A stretch of DNA of 51,499 nt, counting the filler, from Jimgerdemannia flammicorona (lineage: Eukaryota), in assembly GCA_003990765.1 (NCBI GenBank). It is 2 parts of 2 records of this genome, joined end to end, with 100 filler letters (N's around TTAATTAATTAA, not from the genome) between each part and the next. Parts side by side here need not be neighbours in the genome. Positions count along the whole stretch, not along the records: positions 1 to 25,700 come from RBNJ01000802.1; 1 more part is not named here. One strand, given 5' to 3'. The notes under the pieces were generated by a model. The model worked only from the letters and a program-made list of their open reading frames with translations. It was not told the origin of the DNA and ran no database searches. Both the position numbers and the translations under genes were made by a program. Shown here one piece after another: positions 1-10,700 of this stretch. Each line of letters opens with the position of its first letter. The stretch's first letter is position 1.

Positions 1-778
1 TGGGGGGGGGTGGGTCGTAGGTGTCGGATTTTCTCACGGCAAAAGTAATCGAGAGGTGCAAAAATTGTAGGTTGGACGATTTGGAGGGTACGTGCTTGTT
101 GGACAGATTTGTAACTTCGTTTATTTTGGTGGGGGTCGGAATCGCGTCGATGTGGTTGATGGATGGTTGTCTTTGGTATTCTTCTCTTTTCACTTTATTT
201 TGTTTTCTCGGACTATTGTTGCGAGATCATATAATGGCTCCGTCTTTGTCCATGTTCCTTTCTGCATTACCATCCTGCTGTAACCTAGGGTTCAACCTGG
301 ACGCTTGTGGAATAAAATTAGGAGTAGAACTAGCCTGAAATGTTGACACTACGTCTCTACGTTGCTGACCCACCTCAATCACATGAGCACGTGAGATCAC
401 GTTTGTCGAGAGCCAAGTGGTCCTCGAAGAAGGCGTTTCGATCCCACCGTTCGCAACATCTATTGGGATTTCTATCCTTTTGCCCTTTACATCACTGCAC
501 GACCTCCTTCCGTCCCCATATCGACGATCAATGACCGCCAGCCCTCCCCCGGGGGGGGGGGGGGGGAGGTTGGGTTTTGTTTTGTTTGGTGGGACGTCCT
601 CCCTCTCTCCTCTGATACGAAAACTCGATTTCTCGTGAAGGCTGCTGTTTTTGAGTGTGATGGTCATTGAAACCGAGGGAACAATTAGCATTTGTAACCC
701 GATGACGTACTCCGTCACGTGTATCGCCTTTATAAACCCTTCCTCACACCTATCCCTCTCCGTCGCATATCACCACCA

Positions 779-2052
779 ATGTCCACCACCATCTCCTTCC
801 AAGTGACCTTCAAAGGTCGTCCCATCACCCTAACCGAGTGGCCGACCACACGCACCGTGCTTGAGCTTAAGCAGTACCTCTCGACGGAGACTCAAATCCC
901 GCCCGAGTCGCAGAAGCTACTTTACAAGAGCCAGCTGCGCGATGAGGCCACGCTGGCGGAGGCGAAGGTCGTCGAGAAGTGCAAAATTATGATGATCGGG
1001 ACCTCGACCGAAGAGATTGAGAGCATGCAGAACATTGAAAGGAGGATCGCGTTGAGGAAGCAGGAGGGCGAAAAGGCCATGGGGAAAGGGGCCAAGGTCA
1101 GTTAGATTGAGTGGGGAAGGTGAGAGTATGTTTGGTGTGATGACAAGGTGGTTGTACTTATGCTTTTGGTTGGCATTTGCAGCTCTATAAGTCCATCCGC
1201 ACCGTCGCCGACGACAAGTACACTTTCCACCGCATCGAAGTGATCGCCGAGTTTCCCTTCCCAGAAAAGGCACGCGAGCTACTCGAGCGTTTGCGCGACG
1301 ACAAAGGCGTAAGTGAAGCTTCCCACCATGTATCCTCAATCTCCCCCCTCCTTCCCCTTCCTTTCTCACACCATTTGATTCCTCCTACCTCGCAGATTCG
1401 CGCCATCATGTCGCACTACAAATGGTCTGTGGGTGTGCTGACGGAGCTGACGCCGTTCGATCGCTCGATTCTCGGGTTCAATCGCAACGCGGGGCAATTA
1501 ATCTCGCTCCGGTTGCGTACCAACGCGCTGGATGGGTTTCGGCACTACGATTCCATACGGAAAGTGCTGCTACACGAGCTGGCGCATAATGTAGTTATTA
1601 TATTTATTTTTATCTGAGGAGGATGCTGGATCGCAATTTGTAGATAACCCCGTCGTTGTTTCTCATAGGTCTGGACTGAGCACGTTCCAGAATTCCACGC
1701 CTTGGACCGTCAGTTGAACAAGGACGTGGTGGAGATGGACTGGACGGCCCACGGGGGGCGCAGCCTGTCAGCCGGCGATTTCTACAATCCGCCTGACGCG
1801 GATGAGGTGGATAGAGGAAGCAGCGTGACGTACGAGGCTGGGACATATTTGCTTGGCGGGAGTGGAGGGAGGGTGGAGGCCGGAGACGACGAGGATCCCA
1901 AGGTTCGGAGGGAGAAGGTGGTGAAGGCGGCGATGATGAGGCTGTCGAAGGAGGAGGCCGAGATAGTCGAGGGGTGTGGGGGTGCCGAGGGAAAATCAGA
2001 AGAGAATGGAAAGGGAAAAGGGAAAGGAAAGGGGGCAGGGAGTGAGAAATAG
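779..2052 (+). CDS. Ubiquitin-like + WLM (Wss1-like) zinc metalloprotease; exons ~779-1096, 1183-1308, 1396-1590, 1669-2052
   Basis: N-terminal UBL (TVLELKQYLSTETQIPPESQKLLYK). The WLM core is WSVGVLTEL...ILGFNRNAGQLISLRLRT...LLHELAHNVWTEH, with an HExxH motif. GT-AG introns join the exons in frame. Confidence 0.9.
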
Positions 2053-2931
2053 GTGGAGTGGAGTGACCATTGCTAATGACGAAGGTGGAGAATACCCCAC
2101 AATTGTAGGCGCATTTTTTGGTGGTTCGTTTGCAGTCACACTCATTTGTATATTAATGCCAACATCATCGTAATAGTACTATTACTTTATAGATATCCAA
2201 GCAGTAAGATGGGCGCCATGCAAAATATGGTCTCGATGTATTCGGCAACTTCAATCGGATCTTGGGTTATGGGCGCAGTCGGCAATGAGTTGTCGTCCGG
2301 TTGATGGACGACCGACCCACTTTCTTAGATATATAGGTCTCTCATGCCACTAGCTTTACCTTCTCTTTTCACGTGCCCCCTTCTCAATAAAGCAGCCATC
2401 AAACAAAACATCTGAGCTGCAGCGGCGCACCCTAGTTAGACGCCGCGAGGAGATTGGCCACGGGGCTACCCAAGTGGTTGGGATGAAGTGAATGGCGATG
2501 GCTGGGTTGCAGAGTTTGGGATCGGCATGGTTTATCTCGATCTCTTTGACATATCCATTCATGGTCCGAATCTCCATTCCGAACTCCCTCTTCCACAATT
2601 GCCCATTCTACTACCCAAGCCGGACGCGTTCCCCGTGGAGCAATGGGATTGATCCGGACTGTTGAAGCGGTGGAGCGCATCGAACAAAATAGCATATCGG
2701 CATAGGATGTTGCGGATTGCTTCGTGGAATGAATGGATTAATGATAATAGTAAATCCTGTGTTGATTCCGCAGAATGTTTCGTGGTCATTTTTAGCCATT
2801 ACCCACCCCTAAAAAGGACACCAAACAAAATGACCAGGCTTATTATACCCACGTCACATATCTATGCTCTATACACCACTCCACATTTTTCGGTTGTCCC
2901 ACTACCGCCCAACTCTGAAATAACGCAGCAT

Positions 2932-4067
2932 TCAACTCTGGCTCTCCTCCCCCTTTCTCAACTCTTTCATCTCCATATTATCCTTCAACATTTTCCTCTT
3001 CAAGACACCTTCCCTCGCCGCCTCTGCCAATACTCCCGCCACCAATTCAACGCCCCTCACGGAATCATCATTCGCCGGTATCGGATACGTAACCTTCCTA
3101 GGGTCATAATCCGTATCCGTAATTGCAATCACAGGCACCCTGTTCAGCATGGCCTCGGCGATGGCGATCTCGTTCTCGATGGGGTTAAGCACGATGAGTA
3201 CGTCGGGCTTGAAAATGCGCGGCGGGCGGGACGGGTCGTCCGGGTTGGGCGGGGCATAGCGGCCGAGGACCTGGATTGCGTTGGTGAGGGTGCCGGGAAT
3301 CCACCTGGTGAAGATGTGGTAGGCCTCTGCGTGACGGGCGGCGTTAATGACGACACGGTAGATACCGGGACGGGTACCGACGAAGATGATGATGCCGCCG
3401 CGGAGGGAGATTTCGCGGAGAACCTGACAGGCGCGACGGAGGTGCACGAGCGTGTGCTCAAGATTGATGATGGAGATGCCCGCGCGCGTACCGAAAATAA
3501 AGGGGAGTGTCGCCGGGTTCCAGAGTGAGGTCGAGTGGCCCAGGTGGAGGCCAGCGGCGATGAGATGGGAAATGGTTAGCGTGTAAGAGGTTGGAGACTG
3601 AGAGGGAGGGGCGGGATTGGGGATAAAGCGGGGTGGGTCAGGGAGGGGTTTGGGAAAATTCTCCCTAATAGAGTCGATGTTTTGTGCTAGAGAGGGTGAG
3701 GAGAGACGGGGGGATACGAGAAGGTTGAGTTGGTGAATAACTGTAAGTGCAATGAGTGGGAAGGATGGTTGACCAAACTTACCCAAGAAGGCGTCAACCT
3801 CCCTCTGCAATTCTCTGGAAGTTTTTGGAACTGGAACCTCGGGAGTTTCTTCAAACTCGGGGGTATCCTCATTTTCCTGCCTCGCCACGATGGTGGAAGC
3901 GAAGCATCGGGCGGTTGTCTCTGACGAAAAAGTCAGAATGTTAAAGCCAAGCGCGCCCCTGGTCGATCTTTCAATAGCAACAAAACACAATAGTTATGCT
4001 ACTCACGTCTCGTAATGAGGGCCACGGACCGCAGCGTGGGTATTAACGCTCTCGCCGCCATGGCCAT
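2932..4067 (-). CDS. MRP4: Mitochondrial ribosomal protein S2 (uS2m), spliced
   Basis: uS2 motifs AAGLHLGHS, RWIPGTLTN and DTDYDPRKVTYPIPANDDSVR. Arg-rich presequence MAMAARALIPTLRSVALITR, followed by a GTGAGT donor. Confidence 0.9.
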
Positions 4068-4300
4068 GTTTGTGTCTGGGGCGGCGAACAGGCTCCAATT
4101 TTGTTGTCCCGCGCAACGTCTTCAGGTCACGAGACCCCGCTCAAATTCTCAGCTATTCAACCACCCCGCCTACCCAAATTATACCTCCTCTTTTACCATT
4201 TGCTTCATTCGGGTTCACCGTTGAAGGTACAATATCCCATTCCAATCCCTATTCTATTGTTATGCAAACCACCATTCGCGCGAATCAGACCGTGCAGGCC

Positions 4301-4430
4301 GATGGATGGATGGATGATGGATGATGGATGGATGGTGGTGGTGCGGATGGATGAACGAGACAAAAGCGTGTGGATGGATGTTTTGGTCTAGGTGATAATC
4401 GGAAGGTTATCGAGGATGGATGGATGAGTT
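4301..4430. repeat. Degenerate (GATG)n microsatellite in the probable 5'UTR intron of RPL15
   Basis: gatggatggatggatgatggatgatggatggatgg... The probable intron runs 4227-4645 (AAG|GTAC ... TTGCAG). Confidence 0.7.
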
Positions 4431-4662
4431 GGGATGGCGAATGGCGCATGTTGTACTGGAGGCTGGCTGCATCGGAATGGTGTTGGTCTAAAGCCTGCAC
4501 ACAATCACGAATGGCCAAATCACTACACTCGTTTTTGGACAACTCTCGCTTGGTGGCAACGGAACCTCACGGAGCAAATATTATTAGTTCGACCCATCCC
4601 TTCTCACTTTTTCCTCTCATACATGCCATCCCGCCGATCTTGCAGGGTTTAAATCGTTCGTC

Positions 4663-5784
4663 ATGGGTGGTAAGTATTGGCACTTGGCTTTGATCTCAGA
4701 GCGCATTTGGGAGCAGGTCGAATGTGTTCCTCTGTTCCTATTGTTCTGTGCCTAACCAGACTCCCCCATAACCTCGTCCACCAGCCTACAAATATCTCGA
4801 AGAGCTCTACAAGAAGAAGCAGTCTGATGTCCTCCGCTTCTTGCTCCGTGTGAGGTGCTGGGAATACAGGTACAGGACCACTCCTGTTTAGGCTTGAACA
4901 CCGTCGCAACCCTCACAGGATGCGCGGACCACTGTTCATCCAATGAATTAAATTACCACGCAACTCACACGAACCTGCCGCCACCTCTCGGGGTCCCGGT
5001 AACGTGCAACTTCATCGAAAATCATACAGACAGTTGAACGTGATCCACCGTGCTTCTCGTCCTTCGCGCCCCGATAAGGCCCGTCGTTTGGGTTACAAGG
5101 TGCGTGTCTCCCTTGATCTCTAACCTCTCCCGCCACTATTTTACCGAACCCAGCACAAAATCGAATTCAACTCTCCAGTCCCCACCACCCCACTCACCCA
5201 TCAACTCCCGTCTCCTACCCTTCCTCCAGGCCAAGCAAGGCTACGTGATCTACCGCATCCGGGTCCGCCGCGGAGGCCGCAAGCGCCCCGCACCCAAGGG
5301 TGCGACGTACGGCAAGCCTGCGAGTATGGGTATCAACCAGCTCAAGTACCAGCGCTCGCTCAAGACAACGGCGGAGGAGAGGGTGGGTCGTAGGTGCGGC
5401 AACCTTCGTGTCCTAAACTCGTACTGGGTCAACCAGGACTCTACCTACAAGTTCTATGAGGTCATCCTCGTCGACCCCTTCCACAAGGCCATCCGCCGCG
5501 ACGCCCGCATTAACTGGATTGCCAACCCGGTTCACAAGCACCGCGAGGCCCGCGGTCTCACCGCCATCGGAAAGAAGAATCGCGGTCACGGCAAAGGCCA
5601 CGGGTTCAACAAGGTACGGTTTTGCCTCATTGTGGCTGGAGCTGGAGGGATCTCCTTTTCTTTCCGCTCTTTTTTGTGAATACAAATCTCACACATTTCC
5701 CCTCGAACTCCACAGACGATCGGTTCCGGCCGCGCCCAGAACTGGAAGAGGCGCAACACCCTCTCGCTCCGTCGCTACCGTTAG
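4663..5784 (+). CDS. RPL15: 60S ribosomal protein L15; exons 4663-4669, 4785-4869, 5030-5099, 5230-5613, 5716-5784
   Basis: The spliced translation [31 protein letters not shown]...[21 protein letters not shown]...NTLSLRRYR* is canonical eL15. Confidence 0.97.
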
Positions 5785-6171
5785 ACGGTTTAGCGATGGG
5801 CGAGGCCGAGCGGGTCAACCTTCGACGGCTCAGTGTGGTAGTGATGGTGGTTGCACGCGGCTGTCGCGTTGTTGTCATGCGGATGGCGGTGCAATAAAAA
5901 TATGGATTCGTATGGTACAATTCGAGGTCGCGTGATGTGGGTGTTTTAAGAAGTGTGTCGGGAGGCGGTTGGGTTTGCGAGAATCTATATTTGGCAGCGG
6001 ATTGTGATCAGAGGGTTATGCAGGATTGCGCAGTACATGTACCATATAATGATTTACAGATCTTGCTGTCCCAGGTACACAGAAAACGGTCATGAACATG
6101 AGCGACTGTTCATTCTAATGTTTCGCTATCATGAATTCTATTACATATTTGTGGATACCCCAGCGTCGCGT

Positions 6172-6213
<42 letters not shown>

Positions 6214-6350
6214 AGCGTAGGGTTTCGTTTGTGCATGGGATAAATGAAGGATGAATGGTAACTCAGTGAATCGCTTGGCACGGAATATCACGTGATAAAG
6301 CAATGTTGCAATGAGGCGTGACCCAAAGTTATTCCTCATCTCTCACCTCG

Positions 6351-7100
6351 ATGTCGTCGAATCCCACACATGCTGGTTCCTGCCATTGTGGCCTAGTCCG
6401 GTTTGAATGCCAGGCCCCGGCCGAAGGAATCGAGGTGCAAGAGTGCAACTGCAGTATCTGCTACAAGAAAGGTAGGGGTATTGTCAGTTCACCTCGAAAC
6501 GAGCTCCCGTACGCGCCATTCACAAATATTGTTTTTTTTTTTTTTTTTTTTTCCCCGTTGTCCGCAACCAGGCTTCCAACACCTCATCGTTCCAAAATCG
6601 CGCTTCCGCATCGTCACGGGTGAGGAGGTGCTGTCGTGCTACACGTTCAACACCCACGTCGCCAAGCACTACTTCTGCAGCAAATGCGGGATATCGCCGT
6701 TTTATGTGCCGAGGTCGAATCCGGATGGAATGGATGTGTGTTCTTTATTTTTCCCGTGGACGAGAGAGAATGTTTGCGACCGAATCGACAGGAGAGACGT
6801 TGATGCGTCTTTCGCGATTAATTACTCGTATTCTCTTTTCAAACCTTACACTGCCATAGATAAACTACCGTTGCATTGAGCCGGGAACGATCAAATCCAT
6901 CAATTTGGTGTCGTTCGACGGTCAGGTTCGTTGAGATGGATTTTATTCATGCTTGCGATTGTAGTTCGTCGAACAGAACTCATTTTGAATTGCCGAAACG
7001 CCAACGCAATTCGCACGTTCTCTAATTCGTATTGACGACCATTTATTGGCAGAACTGGGAGAAAAACGCCGATAGCGTGGCTCATCTTTCCAAAGAGTGA
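6351..7100 (+). CDS. GFA / CENP-V family Zn-binding protein, 4 exons
   Basis: GSCHCG..V.F, CNCSIC.KKG, HYFCSKCGISPFYVPRSNPDG, INYRCI and FDGQNWE are the signature motifs of the family. Confidence 0.92.
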
Positions 7101-7797
7101 AGAACCGATAATTCGCTCATTCGAAAGAAAGCAAGACAAAAAAAAATTGCGACTTGAATGTCATGTAATAAATAAATGAATGAATAAGAAGAGCAGGCAA
7201 GGTATGACGAGCGCCATGGCGTGAGCTGATCCAGGTTTACATCATAAGGCCCCTATGATATCAAGTTCTATAAAATAAGATGGTGATTTTGGAGGAATGA
7301 TCAATCGTCTTTGCATTGGTGTTGATCGCGATGCTCCTTAATTTCCATCGACTCGAAAGGTGAAGCGCCCGCCCTCTAACACTTAAAAGAAGAAAAACCA
7401 CCATACGTCTCTGATGGCCCTCGACGAAAGCATTAACAGCCCAATGCCGGACGACGAGATGTGGAAGGGATCGTTCCCTCAGCTCGAAGCGAAGATCGAA
7501 GCGTTGCTCCGTTCGAACGAGGAAATGAAGACGGCGTCGAGGAGAGATTGAGAAAGGTGAGGGTGGGGAATTTCGAAGGGGGATGACAAATTGGTTGCGG
7601 GGAGCATGTAATTAGCTAAAGAGTTCCGGGTCGTGGATTGACAGAGTTTTGGGCGCAGGTTTTGAAAATACATTAACGAAGAGAACGAAGAGGCTGTCTG
7701 TCTGTGACATGGTCCAGTGAGCTGTGAAAATCCAAAAAAGGGCAACGCGTTATTTGTCAACAACACGATCCTTGATACACAACCAACAACACACACG

Positions 7798-10700
7798 ATG
7801 GACTCGAAAGAGAACGACTCCGCTCTCCTCCGCGACCTCAAAGTCATCAATGACCTCCCAGATCCGCCGCGCACCACACGTCCTAAACGCGCGATCACCC
7901 AATCCCGCCGCACTCTCAGTGAGCTCCCGTCGGTCCTCCAGGCCGCCGCGAACTCGCGCGTGACCCGCAACAGTGACTTTGGCGCCCCCGCGCGCCCCAA
8001 CCTGCCGTTCTCCAGGGCACCCGTCTCTCGCGGGAAGCTGGCCCTCAAGCGCCCGCTGCCGGCCGAGACGGATGAACTCGATTTTGATCTCGAACTAGCG
8101 CCAGCGCCGGCGCCGGCGCCAGCACCACACCGCCTCAAAACATCACACCGTCCACTGCAGTATATCTCCCGCAATGACATGTACGACAATGCGTGGATCG
8201 ACAAGCAGGAGAACGCGTTTACTAAATGGCTCAACTACGAGCTCGGCGCTGAGGATGACCTGGGCGCAGAAGGATTCGGGTCCATGTGGGCATCACCACC
8301 CGCGAAAGCCGCCGTTGAGGCGAAGGCTGACCCGGTGTCGTTAGATTATTATACACAAAAGTTGCAGTATGAGAGGATCAGGGCGATGGCGTGCACGCTT
8401 TACCAGTCCGAAACGTTCAGCGTTGTGCTGCGGAAAGTGGACGATGTATGTATAACTTTATTGATAAGGTCAATTTATACATATATATGTACCTTTGCGC
8501 CTATTTATTATTTCTCCTGGACAAACCCCAGGCCATCGCCCGTAACCGCCTCAAGCTTCACCCCGACGTCAACATGGTCGAGGACGTCGGCGTCCGCCAG
8601 GGTATCGTCGACCTGCTGTTCACCTACGACCCGCGATGGCTCGTTGTCGGGCTGGAGACCGTCATTGGGCGCGCCGTGGCGCCACTGCTGACGACAGACC
8701 AAGGGAAAATCTCAGCGTTCATGAACAGGGTGAGTTTGGCAGGTCTCCATAGTTAGAGCATCATACACGCCTCACGCATGACAACATCGTGTTCCCGCAC
8801 CGGTCTAAATCGGTCCTCCCCCCCCTAGAACCTCTTCCACGACGATGCAATTGCCGCAACCTTCCGCCCAACCGGCAATAAGTCCACGCGCCGGCCCTTC
8901 CTCTTAGCGATGCACCGCTCGATTTTTTTACGTGTGCTCATGACGATCTTCTTTCTCGACCGCGCCAAGCCCGCGCGCCTGCTCCCCAACGACCCCTGCC
9001 TGTTCCGCCGCTCCGCACCGCACAAGACTAGCCGCGACATGGTCGTCGCCATCGCCGCAAAGTATCTTTTAGGCGAGGGCGACGTGGTGCGACATCTCTT
9101 CTATATAGGCTATGCGGTTAACCATGTGCAGACGCCGCTGGAAGAGTATAACTTCGAGGTGAAAAATTTGGCGACCGATCTGAGGGACGGGATTAAACTG
9201 ACGAGGTTGGTCGAGAGGTATACGTGCGAGTGGGGGCTTAGTCTGGTAGGTCTCTCTCATGATCACAAGTAACACGACAATCCATATTCCATAATTTCTT
9301 CCCTCATCTCCACCCCTCTTCCTTCCCAATTCCACGCGTCCCAGCAACTCCGTCACCCAGCGCAATCGCGTGCGCAGCAGTTGCACAACGTCTCGCTGGC
9401 GCTCGGGGTCGTGCAGCGACATGGGGTGGATCTGGACGCCGGGCCGCGCGCCGGCACGATCGCCGCCAAGGACGTGGTCGATGGACACCGCGAGAAGACG
9501 TTTGCGCTGCTGTGGAGTGTTATTATGCACTGGAGGATCCCGGCCGTGCTTGACAAGCGCGCGCTCAGGTTTGAGATTAGGCTGCTCGGCGAGGAATTTG
9601 AGAGGAAGTTCAGGAGAAAGGTCGATGCTGAATCGGTAGGTTGAGGTGATTTTATTATTTCTATATATGCAGGTATTGAGATTCGTTGCGAGGGGTGTTG
9701 TATTTTAGAAACATACTCTCAACCGCCATATTCATAACTCTGTGCTCTCATCCGACAGGACACCATGTACATCACGTCGGAGCACCTCACGCTCCTGCTC
9801 TCCTGGTGTAAGGTTGTCTGCGCTTTCTACGGCGTGCCCGTGCGCAACTTCACCAACTCCTTCGCCGACGGCCGTGCCCTGTGCTACATCGTCCACCACT
9901 ACCACCCGTCTGTTCTGCCGGCGGACAGGATCGAGAACTCAGGGAGGTACCTGGAGACCATGTTAAAGGTGTGTGCGTTCAACTATGGCTGGGAAGAGTG
10001 ATGGTCGATCATGCCGGGCGCAATTTATTATCATGATGGCCTTATCTATGTATTTGTTATGGAAATTTGCAGGAGGCAGAGGAAATCGCCCCGCCCGAAG
10101 GTACGATGAGCTGGTTTATACCTTCTGAAAACATCAAGGACCCCGTGGTCGAGGGGCGGGAGCTCGACAAGAAGAACTTTAGGTTGCTGCACGCCAAGGT
10201 GAAGGAGCTGGGCGGAGTGCCGCTGATATGTGAGTGTTTGGATCCGGCGTGTTGGTTGGAGGGTGAAAAGGCATAGCGTGAGCATGTTATAAGTGCGGAA
10301 GAGTGAGTTAGATCTTACTGATGCGGCGATGGATTAATTGTGTTATAGTGCGATACCAGGATTTCTCGACGCTTGGCGTCCCGGACGAGAAGGTCGTGAT
10401 CACGTACGTTACGTATTTATGTGCGCGCGTGATCCATTTGAGCAGGGAGATTCGGGTATGTCTTTCCTTTTTGTCAAAGTTCTACATTCTTTTGGTACCA
10501 CAGACGGTTTTGCAAAGACAACTAAACGGACCACGGATTGCGGATCCCGTCGCTTCCCCACCAAAGGCTGCCCGCCGGATCCAGCTCACCTGGCGCACCC
10601 ATCACCAGCGCCGCCTCCTCGCCGAGCGCTGCCGCACCATCATCTCCATCCAAGCCTGCGTCCGCCGCTTTATAGTCCGCCAAACACTCCGGCGGTACTT

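Noticed and set aside
1..700. ORFs 21-338 and 227-718
   Set aside because: Low-complexity, with no motifs; probably the leader or intron of a gene outside the window.
2662..3528. 288-aa + strand ORF
   Set aside because: Antisense to the well-supported uS2m gene.
7414..7551. ~45-codon ORF MALDESINSPMPDDEMWKG.. upstream of ASPM
   Set aside because: Short, with no recognisable homology; cannot be supported.
10456..10566. Treating the 1174-aa ORF as a separate gene
   Set aside because: It is an internal part of ASPM that reads through a stopless 111-nt GT-AG intron.
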